From contig NC_092677.1 of NCBI RefSeq assembly GCF_964355755.1, forward strand, positions 20,978,101 to 21,042,100: DNA of 64,000 nucleotides. The letters are read 5' to 3'. A program made the translations under genes and the position numbers. How positions within the stretch are numbered: position 1 is the stretch's first letter; every line of letters begins with the position of its first letter. Below the pieces are notes generated by a model, which was given only the letters and a program-made list of their open reading frames with translations, was not told the DNA's origin and made no database searches. Shown piece by piece: positions 14,936 to 29,729 of this stretch. Source of the stretch: Antedon mediterranea. Lineage: Eukaryota > Animalia > Echinodermata.

Positions 14936-17150
14936 GCAAAAAATAGCTTAATATCGTATTTAAAAACGTTTTAGACCATTTTGAGCATTTCGACAAAACT
15001 TTTTCACACAAAACATCAAAGTGTACAAAATAGCTTCAAATCGCATTTGGAGACGTTTTAGACAATTTTGTGATTTTCGAAAAAACTTGTTTACATAAAA
15101 ACACCAAAGTGCTAAGAATAGCTTCCAATCGCATTTGGAGACGTTTTAGACCCTTTTGTGCATTTTGATGAAACTTGGTTACACAAAAACATCAAAGTGC
15201 TTAAAATCACATTAGAAACCGTTTTAGAACATTTTGAGCATTTCGTTAAAATTTTTCACAGAAAAACATCAAAGAGCAAAAAATAGCTTAATATCGTATT
15301 TAAAAACGTTTTAGACCATTTTGAGCATTTCGACAAAACTTTTTCACACAAAACAACAAAGTGTACAGAATAGCTTCAAATCGCATTTGGAGACGTTTTA
15401 ACCCATTTTGAGCATTTCGATAAAATTTTACACACAAAAACATCAAAGTGCACAAAATAGCTTAATATGGTATTTAAAAACGTTTTAGACCATTTTGAGC
15501 ATTTCAACAAAACTTTTTCTCACAAAACATCAAAGTGTACAGAATAGCTTCAAATCGCATTTGGAGACGTTTTAGACCATTTTGTGCATTTCGATGAAAC
15601 TTGGTTACACAAAAACATCAAAGTGCTTAAAATCACATTTTGAGCATTTCGTTAAAACTTTTCACACAAAAACATCAAAGAGCAAAAAATAGCTTAATAT
15701 CGTATTTAAAAACGTTTTAGACCATTTTGAGCATTTCGACAAAACTTTTTCACACAAAACATCAAAGTGTACAAAATAGCTTCAAATCGCATTTGGAGAC
15801 GTTTTAGACAATTTTGTGATTTTCGAAAAAACTTGTTTACATAAAAACACCAAAGTGCTAAGAATAGCTTCCAATCGCATTTGGAGACGTTTTAGACCCT
15901 TTTGTGCATTTTGATGAAACTTGGTTACACAAAAACATCAAAGTGCTTAAAATCACATTAGAAACCGTTTTAGAACATTTTGAGCATTTCGTTAAAATTT
16001 TTCACAGAAAAACATCAAAGAGCAAAAAATAGCTTAATATCGTATTTAAAAACGTTTTAGACCATTTTGAGCATTTCGACAAAACTTTTTCACACAAAAC
16101 AACAAAGTGTACAGAATAGCTTCAAATCGCATTTGGAGACGTTTTAACCCATTTTGAGCATTTCGATAAAATTTTACACACAAAAACATCAAAGTGCACA
16201 AAATAGCTTAATATGGTATTTAAAAACGTTTTAGACCATTTTGAGCATTTCAACAAAACTTTTTCTCACAAAACATCAAAGTGTACAGAATAGCTTCAAA
16301 TCGCATTTGGAGACGTTTTAGACCATTTTGTGCATTTCGATGAAACTTGGTTACACAAAAACATCAAAGTGCTTAAAATCACATTTTGAGCATTTCGTTA
16401 AAACTTTTCACACAAAAACATCAAAGAGCAAAAAATAGCTTAATATCGTATTTAAAAACGTTTTAGACCATTTTGAGCATTTCGACAAAACTTTTTCACA
16501 CAAAACATCAAAGTGTACAAAATAGCTTCAAATCGCATTTGGAGACGTTTTAGACAATTTTGTGATTTTCGAAAAAACTTGTTTACATAAAAACACCAAA
16601 GTGCTAAGAATAGCTTCCAATCGCATTTGGAGACGTTTTAGACCCTTTTGTGCATTTTGATGAAACTTGGTTACACAAAAACATCAAAGTGCTTAAAATC
16701 ACATTAGAAACCGTTTTAGAACATTTTGAGCATTTCGTTAAAATTTTTCACAGAAAAACATCAAAGAGCAAAAAATAGCTTAATATCGTATTTAAAAACG
16801 TTTTAGACCATTTTGAGCATTTCGACAAAACTTTTTCACACAAAACAACAAAGTGTACAGAATAGCTTCAAATCGCATTTGGAGACGTTTTAACCCATTT
16901 TGAGCATTTCGATAAAATTTTACACACAAAAACATCAAAGTGCACAAAATAGCTTAATATGGTATTTAAAAACGTTTTAGACCATTTTGAGCATTTCAAC
17001 AAAACTTTTTCTCACAAAACATCAAAGTGTACAGAATAGCTTCAAATCGCATTTGGAGACGTTTTAGACCATTTTGTGCATTTCGATGAAACTTGGTTAC
17101 ACAAAAACATCAAAGTGCTTAAAATCACATTTTGAGCATTTCGTTAAAAC
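14936..17150 (+). repeat. 746-bp 9-monomer higher-order repeat, three tandem copies
   Basis: Unit starts gcaaaaaatagcttaatatcg at 14936, 15682 and 16428. Monomer lengths 87+88+88+77+87+87+87+88+57 = 746. Marked by cattttgatg and aaacaacaaag variants. Confidence 0.88.
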
Positions 17151-20100
17151 TCTTCACACAAAAACATCAAAGTCCACAAAATAGCTTAATATCGTATTTA
17201 AAAACGTTTTAGACCATTTTGAGCATTTCGAAAAAACTTTTCCACACAAAACATCAAAGTTTACAAAATAGCTTCAAATCGCATTTGGAGACGTTTTAGA
17301 CCATTTTGTGATTTTCGAAAAAACTTGTTAACATAAAAACACCAAAGTGCTCAGAATACCTTCAAATCGCATTTGGAGACGTTTTAGACCCTTTTGTGCA
17401 TTTCGATGAAACTTGGTTACACAAAAACATCAAAGTGCTTAAAATCACATTAGAAACCGTTTTAGACCATTTTGAGCATTTCGTTAAAATTTTTCACAGA
17501 AAAACATCAAAGAGCAAAAAATAGCTTAATATCGTATTTAAAAACGTTTTAGACCATTTTGAGCATTTCGACAAAACTTTTTCACACAAAACATCAAAGT
17601 GTACAGAATAGCTTCAAATCGCATTTGGAGACGTTTTAACCCATTTTGAGCATTTCGATAAAATTTTACACACAAAAACATCAAAGTGCACAAAATAGCT
17701 TAATATGGTATTTAAAAACGTTTTAGACCATTTTGAGCATTTCAACAAAACTTTTTCTCGCAAAACATCAAAGTGTACAGAATAGCTTCAAATCGCATTT
17801 GGAGACGTTTTAGACCATTTTGTGCATTTCGATGAAACTTGGTTACACAAAAACATCAAAGTGCTTAAAATCACATTTTGAGCATTTCGTTAAAACTTTT
17901 CACACAAAAACATCAAAGTCCACAAAATAGCTTAATATCGTATTTAAAAACGTTTTAGACCATTTTGAGCATTTCGAAAAAACTTTTCCACACAAAACAT
18001 CAAAGTTTACAAAATAGCTTCAAATCGCATTTGGAGACGTTTTAGACCATTTTGTGATTTTCGAAAAAACTTGTTAACATAAAAACACCAAAGTGCTCAG
18101 AATACCTTCAAATCGTGTTTTGAGACGTTTTAGACCATTTTGTAATTTTCGAAAAAACTTGTTAACATAAAAACACCAAAGTGCTCAGAATACCTTCACA
18201 TCGCATTTTGAGACGTTTTAGACCATTTTGTGATTTTCGAAAAAACTTGTTAACATAAAAACACCAAAGTGCTTAGAAAAGCTTGAAATCGCATTTGGAG
18301 ACGTTTTAGACCATTTTGTGCATTTCGATGAAACTTGGTTAAAGTGCTTAAAATCACATTTTGAGCATTTCGTTAAAACTTTTCACACAAAAACATCAAA
18401 GAGTAAAAAATAGCTTAATATCGTATTTAAAAACGTTTTAGACCATTTTGAGCATTTCGACAAAATTTTTTCACACAAAACATCAAAGTGTACAGAATAG
18501 CTTTAAATCGCATTTGGAGACGTTTTAGACCATTTTGTTCATTTCGATGAAACAAAAACACAAAAACATCAAATTGCACAAAATGGCTTAATATGATATG
18601 GGAAAACGTTTTAGACCATTTTGAACATTTCGTTAAAAGTTTTCACAAAAAAACATCAAAGTCCACAAAATAGCTTAATATCGTATTTAAAAACGTTTTA
18701 GACCATTTTGAGCATTTCGAAAAAACTTTTTCACACAAAACATCAAAGTTTACAAAATAGCTTCAAATCGCATTTGGAGACGTTTTAGACCATTTTGTGA
18801 TTTTCGAAAAAACTTGTTAACATAAAAACACCAAAGTGCTCAGAATACCTTCAAATCGCATTTTGAGACGTTTTAGACCATTTTGTGATTTTCGAAAAAA
18901 CTTGTTAACATAAAAACACCAAAGTGCTCAGAATACCTTCAAATCGTGTTTTGAGACGTTTTAGACCATTTTGTGATTTTGGAAAAACTTGTTAACATAA
19001 AAACACCAAAGTGCTCAGAATACCTTCAAATCGCATTTGGAGACGTTTTAGACCATTTTGTGATTTTCGGACAAACTTGTTAACATAAAAACACCAAAGT
19101 GCTCAGAAAAGCTTCAAATCGCAATTGGAGACGTTTTAAACCATTTTGTTCATTTCGATGAAACTTGGTTACACAAAAACATCAAATTGCACAAAATGGC
19201 TTAATATGGTATGGGAAAACGTTTTAGACCATTTTGAACATTTCGAGAAAACTTTTTCACACAAAACTTCAAAGTGTACAGAATAGCTTCAAATCGCATT
19301 AGAAACCGTTTTAGACCATTTTGAGCATTTCGAAAAAACTTTTTCACACAAAACATCAAAGTTTACAAAATAGCTTCAAATCGCATTTGGAGACGTTTTA
19401 GACCATTTTGTGATTTTCGAAAAAACTTGTTAACATAAAAACACCAAAGTGCTCAGAATACCTTCAAATCGCATTTTGAGACGTTTTAGACCATTTTGTG
19501 ATTTTCGAAAAAACTTGTTAACATAAAAATACCAAAGTGCTCTGAATACCTTCAAATCGTGTTTTGAGACGTTTTAGACCATTTTGTGATTTTCGAAAAA
19601 ACTTGTTAACATAAAAACACCAAAGTGCTCAGAATACCTTCAAATCGCATTTTGAGACGTTTTAGACCATTTTGTGATTTTCGAAAAAACTTGTTAACAT
19701 AAAAACACCAAAGTGCTCAGAAAAGCTTCAAATCGCATTTGGAGACGTTTTAAACCATTTTGTTCATTTCGATGAAACTTGGTTACACAAAAACATCAAA
19801 GAGCACAAAAGTATTTAAAAACGTTTTAGACCATTTTGAGCATTCCGACAAAACTTTTTCACACAAAACATCAAAGTGTACAGAATAGCTTTAAATCGCA
19901 TTTGGAGACGTTTTAGACCATTTTGTAGTTTTCGAAAAAACTTGTTAACATAAAAACACAAAAGAGCTTCAAATCGCATTTGGAGACGTTTTAGACCCTT
20001 TTGTGCATTTCGATGAAACTTGGTTACACAAAAACATCAAAGTGCTTAAAATCACATTAGAAACCGTTTTAGACCATTTTGAGCATTTCGTTAAAACTTT

Positions 20101-23100
20101 TCACACAAAAACATCAAAGTCCACAAAATAGCTTAATATCGTATTCAAAAACGTTTTAGACCATTTTGAGCATTTCGAAAAAACTTTTTCACAGAAAAAT
20201 ATCAAAGAGCAAAAAATAGCTTAATATCGTATTTAAAAACGTTTTAGACCATTTTGAGCATTTCGAAAAAACTTTTTCACACAAAACATCAAAGTGTACA
20301 AAATAGCTTCAAATCGCATTTGGAGACGTTTTAGACAATTTTCGAAAAAACTTGTTTACATAAAAACACCAAAGTGCTAAGAATAGCTTCCAATCGCATT
20401 TGGAGACGTTTTAGACCCTTTTGTGCATTTCGATGAAACTTGGTTACACAAAAACATCAAAGTGCTTAAAATCACATTAGAAACCGTTTTAGACCATTTT
20501 GAGCATTTCGTTAAAATTTTTCACAGAAAAACATCAAAGAGCAAAAAATAGCTTAATATCGTATTTAAAAACGTTTTAGACCATTTTGAGCATTTCGACA
20601 AAACTTTTTCACACAAAACATCAAAGTGTACAGAATAGCTTAATATCGCATTTGGAGACGTTTTAACCCATTTTGAGCATTTCGATAAAATTTTACACAC
20701 AAAAACATCAAAGTGCACAAAATAGCTTAATATGGTATTTAAAAACGTTTTAGAACATTTTGAGCATTTCAACAAAACTTTTTCTCACAAAACATCAAAG
20801 TGTACAGAATAGCTTCAAATCGCATTTGGAGACGTTTTAGACCATTTTGTGCATTTCGATGAAACTTGGTTACACAAAAACATCAAAGTGCTTAAAATCA
20901 CATTTTGAGCATTTCGTTAAAACTTTTCACACAAAAACATCAAAGAGTAAAAAATAGCTTAATATCGTATTTAAAAACGTTTTAGACCATTTTGAGCATT
21001 TCGACAAAATTTTTTCAAACAAAACATCAAAGTGTACAGAATAGCTTTAAATCGCATTTGGAGACGTTTTAGACCATTTTGTTAATTTCGATGAAACAAA
21101 AACACAAAAACATCAAATTGCACAAAATGGCTTAATATGATATGGGAAAACGTTTTAGACCATTTTGAACATTTCGTTAAAAGTTTTCACACAAAAACAT
21201 CAAAGTCCACAAAATAGCTTAATATCGTATTTAAAAACGTTTTAGACCATTTTGAGCATTTCGAAAAAACTTTTTCACACAAAACATCAAAGTTTACAAA
21301 ATAGCTTCAAATCGCATTTGGAGACGTTTTAGACCATTTTGTGATTTTCGAAAAAACTTGTTAACATAAAAACACCAAAGTGCTCAGAATACCTTCAAAT
21401 CGCATTTTGAGACGTTTTAGACCATTTTGTGATTTTCGAAAAAACTTGTTAACATAAAAACACCAAAGTGCTCAGAATACCTTCAAATCGTGTTTTGAGA
21501 CGTTTTAGACCATTTTGTGATTTTCGAAAAAACTTGTTAACATAAAAACACCAAAGTGCTCAGAATACCTTCAAATCGCATTTTGAGACGTTTTAGACCA
21601 TTTTTTGATTTTCGAAAAAACTTGTTAACATAAAAACACCAAAGTGCTCAGAATACCTTCAAATCGTGTTTTGAGACGTTTTAGACCATTTTGTGATTTT
21701 CGAAAAAACTTGTTAACATAAAAACACCAAAGTGCTTAGAAAAGCTTCAAATCGCATTTGGAGACGTTTTAGACCATTTTGTTCATTTCGATGAAACTTG
21801 GTTACACAAAAACATCAAAGAGCACAAAAGATCTTAATATCGTATTTAAAAACGTTTTAGACCATTTTGAGCATTTCGAAAAAACTTTTTCACACAAAAC
21901 ATCAAAGTGTACAAAATAGCTTCAAATCGCATTTTGAGATGTTTTAGACAATTTTGTGATTTTCGAAAAAACTTGTTTACATAAAAACACCAAAGTGCTT
22001 AGAAAAGCTTCAAATCGCATTTGGAGACGTTTTAAACCATTTTGTTCATTTCGATGAAACTTGGTTACACAAAAACATCAAAGAGCACAAAAGTATTTAA
22101 AAACGTTTTAGACCATTTTGAGCATTCCGTCAAAACTTTTTCACACAAAACATCAAAGTGTACAGAATAGCTTTAAATCGCATTTGGAGACGTTTTAGAC
22201 CATTTTGTAGTTTTCGAAAAAACTTGTTAACATAAAAACACAAAAGAGCTTCAAATCGCATTTGGAGACGTTTTAGACCCTTTTGTGCATTTCGATGAAA
22301 CTTGGTTACACAAAAACATCAAAGTGCTTAAAATCACATTTTGAGCATTTCGTTAAAACTTTTCACACAAAAACATCAAAGAGTAAAAAATAGCTTAATA
22401 TCGTATTTAAAAACGTTTTAGACCATTTTGAGCATTTCGACAAAATTTTTTCACACAAAACATCAAAGTGTACAGAATAGCTTTAAATCGCATTTGGAGA
22501 CGTTTTAGACCATTTTGTTAATTTCGATGAAACAAAAACACAAAAACATCAAATTGCACAAAATGGCTTAATATGATATGGGAAAACGTTTTAGACCATT
22601 TTGAACATTTCGTTAAAAGTTTTCACACAAAAACATCAAAGTCCACAAAATAGCTTAATATCGTATTTAAAAACGTTTTAGACCATTTTGAGCATTTCAA
22701 AAAAACTTTTTCACACAAAACATCAAAGTTTACAAAATAGCTTCAAATCGGATTTGGAGACGTTTTAGACCATTTTGTGATTTTCGAAAAAACTTGTTAA
22801 CATAAAAACACCAAAGTGCTCAGAAAAGCTTCAAATCGCATTTGGAGACGTTTTAAACCATTTTGTTCATTTCGATGAAACTTGGTTACACAAAAACATC
22901 AAAGAGCACAAAAGTATTTAAAAACGTTTTAGACCATTTTGAGCATTCCGACAAAACTTTTTCACACAAAACATCAAAGTGTACAGAATAGCTTTAAATC
23001 GCATTTGGAGACGTTTTAGACCATTTTGTAGTTTTCGAAAAAACTTGTTAACATAAAAACACAAAAGAGCTTCAAATCGCATTTGGAGACGTTTTAGACC

Positions 23101-25029
23101 CTTTTGTGCATTTCGATGAAACTTGGTTACACAAAAACATCAAAGTGCTTAAAATCACATTAGAAACCGTTTTAGACCATTTTGAGCATTTCGTTAAAAC
23201 TTTTCACACAAAAACATCAAAGTCCACAAAATAGCTTAATATCGTATTCAAAAACGTTTTAGACCATTTTGAGCATTTCGAAAAAACTTTTTCACACAAA
23301 ACATCAAAGTTTACAAAATAGCTTCAAATCGCATTTGGAGACGTTTTAGACCATTTTGTGATTTTCGAAAAAACTTGTTAACATAAAAACACCAAAGTGC
23401 TCAGAATACCTTCAAATCGCATTTTGAGACGTTTTAGACCATTTTGTGATTTTCGAAAAAACAACATAAAAACACCAAAGTGCTCAGAATACCTTCAAAT
23501 CGCATTTGGAGACGTTTTAGACCATTTTGTGATTTTCGAAAAAACTTGTTAACATAAAAACACCAAAGTGCTCAGAATACCTTCAAATCGTATTTTGAGA
23601 CGTTTTAGACAATTTTGTGATTTTCGAAAAAACTTGTTAACATAAAAACACCAAAGTGCTTAGAAAAGCTTCAAATCGCATTTGGAGACGTTTTAGACCA
23701 TTTTGTGCATTTCGATGAAACTTTGTTACACAAAAACATCAAAGTGTACAGAATAGCTTCAAATCGCATTAGAAACCGTTTTAGACCATTTTGAGCATTT
23801 CGAAAAAACTTTTTCACACAAAACATCAAAGTGTACAAAATAGCTTCAAATCGCATTTGGAGACGTTTTAGACAATTTTGTGATTTTCGAAAAAACTTGT
23901 TTACATAAAAACACCAAAGTGCTAAGAATAGCTTCCAATCGCATTTGGAGACGTTTTAGACCCTTTTGTGCATTTCGATGAAACTTGGTTACACAAAAAC
24001 ATCAAAGTGCTTAAAATCACATTAGAAACCGTTTTAGACCATTTTGAGCATTTCGTTAAAATTTTTCACAGAAAAACATCAAAGAGCAAAAAATAGCTTA
24101 ATATCGTATTTAAAAACGTTTTAGACCATTTTGAGCATTTCGAAAAAACTTTTTCACACAAAACATCAAAGTGTACAAAATAGCTTCAAATCGCATTTGG
24201 AGACGTTTTAGACAATTTTGTGATTTTCGAAAAAACTTGTTTACATAAAAACACCAAAGTGCTAAGAATAGCTTCCAATCGCATTTGGAGACGTTTTAGA
24301 CCCTTTTGTGCATTTCGATGAAACTTGGTTACACAAAAACATCAAAGTGCTTAAAATCACATTAGAAACCGTTTTAGACCATTTTGAGCATTTCGTTAAA
24401 ACTTTTCACACAAAAACATCAAAGTCCACAAAATAGCTTAATATCGTTTTCAAAAACGTTTTAGACCATTTTGAGCATTTCGAAAAAACTTTTTCACACA
24501 AAACATCAAAGTTTACAAAATAGCTTCAAATCGCATTTGGAGACGTTTTAGACCATTTTGTGATTTTCGAAAAAACTTGTTAACATAAAAACACCAAAGT
24601 GCTCAGAATACCTTCAAATCGCATTTGGAGACGTTTTAGACCATTTTGTGATTTTCGAAAAAACTTGTTAACATAAAAACACCAAAGTGCTTAGAAAAGC
24701 TTCAAATCGCATTTGGAGACGTTTTAGACCATTTTGTGCATTTCGATGAAACTTGGTTACACAAAAACATCAAAGTGTTTAAAATCACATTTTGAGCATT
24801 TCGTTAAAACTTTTCACACAAAAACATCAAAGAGCAAAAAATAGCTTAATATCGTATTTAAAAACGTTTTAGACCATTTTGAGCATTTCGACAAAACTTT
24901 TTCACACAAAACATCAAAGTGTACAAAATAGCTTCAAATCGCATTTGGAGACGTTTTAGACCATTTTGTGATTTCCGAAAAAACAACATAAAAACACCAA
25001 AGTGCTCAGAATACCTTCAAATCGCATTT

Positions 25030-25560
25030 GGAGACGTTTTAGACCATTTTGTGATTTTGGAAAAAACTTGTTAACATAAAAACACCAAAGTGCTCAGAAT
25101 ACCTTCAAATCGTATTTTGAGACGTTTTAGACAATTTTGTGATTTTCGAAAAAACTTGTTAACATAAAAACACCAAAGTGCTTAGAAAAGCTTCAAATCG
25201 CATTTGGAGACGTTTTAGACCATTTTGTGATTTTCGAAAAAACTTGTTAACATAAAAACACCAAAGTGCTCAGAATACCTTCAAATCGTATTTTGAGACG
25301 TTTTAGACAATTTTGTGATTTTCGAAAAAACTTGTTAACATAAAAACACCAAAGTGCTTAGAAAAGCTTCAAATCGCATTTGGAGACGTTTTAGACCATT
25401 TTGTGATTTTCGAAAAAACTTGTTAACATAAAAACACCAAAGTGCTCAGAATACCTTCAAATCGTATTTTGAGACGTTTTAGACAATTTTGTGATTTTCG
25501 AAAAAACTTGTTAACATAAAAACACCAAAGTGCTTAGAAAAGCTTCAAATCGCATTTGGA
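25030..25560 (+). repeat. Local 176-bp dimer, three tandem copies
   Basis: The rare variant cgtattttgagacgttttagacaatt occurs at 25111, 25287 and 25463 (spacing 176), each followed by a gcttagaaaagc monomer. Confidence 0.85.
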
Positions 25561-28500
25561 GACGTTTTAGACCATTTTGTGCATTTCGATGAAACTTGGT
25601 TACACAAAAACATCAAAGTGCTTAAAATCACATTTTGAGCATTTCGTTAAAACTTTTCACACAAAAACATCAAAGAGCAAAAAATAGCTTAATATCGTAT
25701 TTAAAAACGTTTTAGACCATTTTGAGCATTTCGACAAAACTTTTTCACACAAAACATCAAAGTGTACAAAATAGCTTCAAATCGCATTTGGAGACGTTTT
25801 AGACAATTTTGTGATTTTCGAAAAAACTTGTTTACATAAAAACACCAAAGTGCTAAGAATAGCTTCCAATCGCATTTGGAGACGTTTTAGACCCTTTTGT
25901 GCATTTCGATGAAACTTGGTTACACAAAAACATCAAAGTGCTTAAAATCACATTAGAAACCGTTTTAGAACATTTTGAGCATTTCGTTAAAATTTTTCAC
26001 AGAAAAACATCAAAGAGCAAAAAATAGCTTAATATCGTATTTAAAAACGTTTTAGACCATTTTGAGCATTTCGACAAAACTTTTTCACACAAAACAACAA
26101 AGTGTACAGAATAGCTTCAAATCGCATTTGGAGACGTTTTAACCCATTTTGAGCATTTCGATAAAATTTTACACACAAAAACATCAAAGTGCACAAAATA
26201 GCTTAATATGGTATTTAAAAACGTTTTAGACCATTTTGAGCATTTCAACAAAACTTTTTCTCACAAAACATCAAAGTGTACAGAATAGCTTCAAATCGCA
26301 TTTGGAGACGTTTTAGACCATTTTGTGCATTTCGATGAAACTTGGTTACACAAAAACATCAAAGTGCTTAAAATCACATTTTGAGCATTTCGTTAAAACT
26401 CTTCACACAAAAACATCAAAGTCCACAAAATAGCTTAATATCGTATTTAAAAACGTTTTAGACCATTTTGAGCATTTCGAAAAAACTTTTCCACACAAAA
26501 CATCAAAGTTTACAAAATAGCTTCAAATCGCATTTGGAGACGTTTTAGACCATTTTGTGATTTTCGAAAAAACTTGTTAACATAAAAACACCAAAGTGCT
26601 CAGAATACCTTCAAATCGCATTTGGAGACGTTTTAGACCCTTTTGTGCATTTCGATGAAACTTGGTTACACAAAAACATCAAAGTGCTTAAAATCACATT
26701 AGAAACCGTTTTAGACCATTTTGAGCATTTCGTTAAAATTTTTCACAGAAAAACATCAAAGAGCAAAAAATAGCTTAATATCGTATTTAAAAACGTTTTA
26801 GACCATTTTGAGCATTTCGACAAAACTTTTTCACACAAAACATCAAAGTGTACAGAATAGCTTCAAATCGCATTTGGAGACGTTTTAACCCATTTTGAGC
26901 ATTTCGATAAAATTTTACACACAAAAACATCAAAGTGCACAAAATAGCTTAATATGGTATTTAAAAACGTTTTAGACCATTTTGAGCATTTCAACAAAAC
27001 TTTTTCTCGCAAAACATCAAAGTGTACAGAATAGCTTCAAATCGCATTTGGAGACGTTTTAGACCATTTTGTGCATTTCGATGAAACTTGGTTACACAAA
27101 AACATCAAAGTGCTTAAAATCACATTTTGAGCATTTCGTTAAAACTTTTCACACAAAAACATCAAAGTCCACAAAATAGCTTAATATCGTATTTAAAAAC
27201 GTTTTAGACCATTTTGAGCATTTCGAAAAAACTTTTCCACACAAAACATCAAAGTTTACAAAATAGCTTCAAATCGCATTTGGAGACGTTTTAGACCATT
27301 TTGTGATTTTCGAAAAAACTTGTTAACATAAAAACACCAAAGTGCTCAGAATACCTTCAAATCGTGTTTTGAGACGTTTTAGACCATTTTGTAATTTTCG
27401 AAAAAACTTGTTAACATAAAAACACCAAAGTGCTCAGAATACCTTCACATCGCATTTTGAGACGTTTTAGACCATTTTGTGATTTTCGAAAAAACTTGTT
27501 AACATAAAAACACCAAAGTGCTTAGAAAAGCTTGAAATCGCATTTGGAGACGTTTTAGACCATTTTGTGCATTTCGATGAAACTTGGTTAAAGTGCTTAA
27601 AATCACATTTTGAGCATTTCGTTAAAACTTTTCACACAAAAACATCAAAGAGTAAAAAATAGCTTAATATCGTATTTAAAAACGTTTTAGACCATTTTGA
27701 GCATTTCGACAAAATTTTTTCACACAAAACATCAAAGTGTACAGAATAGCTTTAAATCGCATTTGGAGACGTTTTAGACCATTTTGTTCATTTCGATGAA
27801 ACAAAAACACAAAAACATCAAATTGCACAAAATGGCTTAATATGATATGGGAAAACGTTTTAGACCATTTTGAACATTTCGTTAAAAGTTTTCACAAAAA
27901 AACATCAAAGTCCACAAAATAGCTTAATATCGTATTTAAAAACGTTTTAGACCATTTTGAGCATTTCGAAAAAACTTTTTCACACAAAACATCAAAGTTT
28001 ACAAAATAGCTTCAAATCGCATTTGGAGACGTTTTAGACCATTTTGTGATTTTCGAAAAAACTTGTTAACATAAAAACACCAAAGTGCTCAGAATACCTT
28101 CAAATCGCATTTTGAGACGTTTTAGACCATTTTGTGATTTTCGAAAAAACTTGTTAACATAAAAACACCAAAGTGCTCAGAATACCTTCAAATCGTGTTT
28201 TGAGACGTTTTAGACCATTTTGTGATTTTGGAAAAACTTGTTAACATAAAAACACCAAAGTGCTCAGAATACCTTCAAATCGCATTTGGAGACGTTTTAG
28301 ACCATTTTGTGATTTTCGAAAAAACTTGTTAACATAAAAACACCAAAGTGCTCAGAAAAGCTTCAAATCGCAATTGGAGACGTTTTAAACCATTTTGTTC
28401 ATTTCGATGAAACTTGGTTACACAAAAACATCAAATTGCACAAAATGGCTTAATATGGTATGGGAAAACGTTTTAGACCATTTTGAACATTTCGAGAAAA

Positions 28501-29724
28501 CTTTTTCACACAAAACTTCAAAGTGTACAGAATAGCTTCAAATCGCATTAGAAACCGTTTTAGACCATTTTGAGCATTTCGAAAAAAACTTTTTCACACA
28601 AAACATCAAAGTTTACAAAATAGCTTCAAATCGCATTTGGAGACGTTTTAGACCATTTTGTGATTTTCGAAAAAACTTGTTAACATAAAAACACCAAAGT
28701 GCTCTGAATACCTTCAAATCGCATTTTGAGACGTTTTAGACCATTTTGTGATTTTCGAAAAAACTTGTTAACATAAAAATACCAAAGTGCTCAGAATACC
28801 TTCAAATCGTGTTTTGAGACGTTTAAGACCATTTTGTGATTTTCGAAAAAACTTGTTAACATAAAAACACCAAAGTGCTCAGAATACCTTCAAATCGCAT
28901 TTGGAGACGTTTTAGACCATTTTGTGATTTTCGAAAAAACTTGTTAACATAAAAACACCAAAGTGCTCAGAAAAGCTTCAAATCGCATTTGGAGACGTTT
29001 TAAACCATTTTGTTCATTTCGATGAAACTTGGTTACACAAAAACATCAAAGAGCACAAAAGTATTTAAAAACGTTTTAGACCATTTTGAGCATACCGACA
29101 AAACTTTTTCACACAAAACATCAAAGTGTACAGAATAGCTTTAAATCGCATTTGGAGACGTTTTAGACCATTTTGTAGTTTTCGAAAAAACTTGTTAACA
29201 TAAAAACACAAAAGAGCTTCAAATCGCATTTGGAGACGTTTTAGACCCTTTTGTGCATTTCGATGAAACTTGGTTACACAAAAACATCAAAGTGCTTAAA
29301 ATCACATTAGAAACCGTTTTAGACCATTTTGAGCATTTCGTTAAAACTTTTCACACAAAAACATCAAAGTCCACAAAATAGCTTAATATCGTATTCAAAA
29401 ACGTTTTAGACCATTTTGAGCATTTCGAAAAAACTTTTTCACACAAAACATCAAAGTTTACAAAATAGCTTCAAATCGCATTTGGAGACGTTTTAGACCA
29501 TTTTGTGATTTTCGAAAAAACTTGTTAACATAAAAACACCAAAGTGCTCAGAATACCTTCAAATCGCATTTTGAGACGTTTTAGACCATTTTGTGATTTT
29601 CAAAAAAACAACATAAAAACACCAAAGTGCTCAGAATACCTTCAAATCGCATTTGGAGACGTTTTAGACCATTTTGTGATTTTGGAAAAAACTTGTTAAC
29701 ATAAAAACACCAAAGTGCTCAGAA

Positions 29725-29729
29725 TACCT
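29725..29729 (+). repeat. Left target-site duplication TACCT (alternative reading: 7-bp ATACCTT, 29724-29730)
   Basis: agaaTACCT|tgttgaaccc; repeated at 33100-33104. Confidence 0.9.

Larger units (their letters stand above)
1..29729. repeat. Tandem satellite DNA array, 87-88 bp monomer (left block), possibly centromeric/pericentromeric
   Basis: Continuous head-to-tail monomers, e.g. accttcaaatcgcattttgagacgttttagaccattttgtgattttcgaaaaaacttgttaacataaaaacaccaaagtgctcagaat (88 bp) starting at 2991 and again at 3079. The core cgttttagaccatttt recurs in most monomers. Centromeric role is inference only. Confidence 0.97.
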
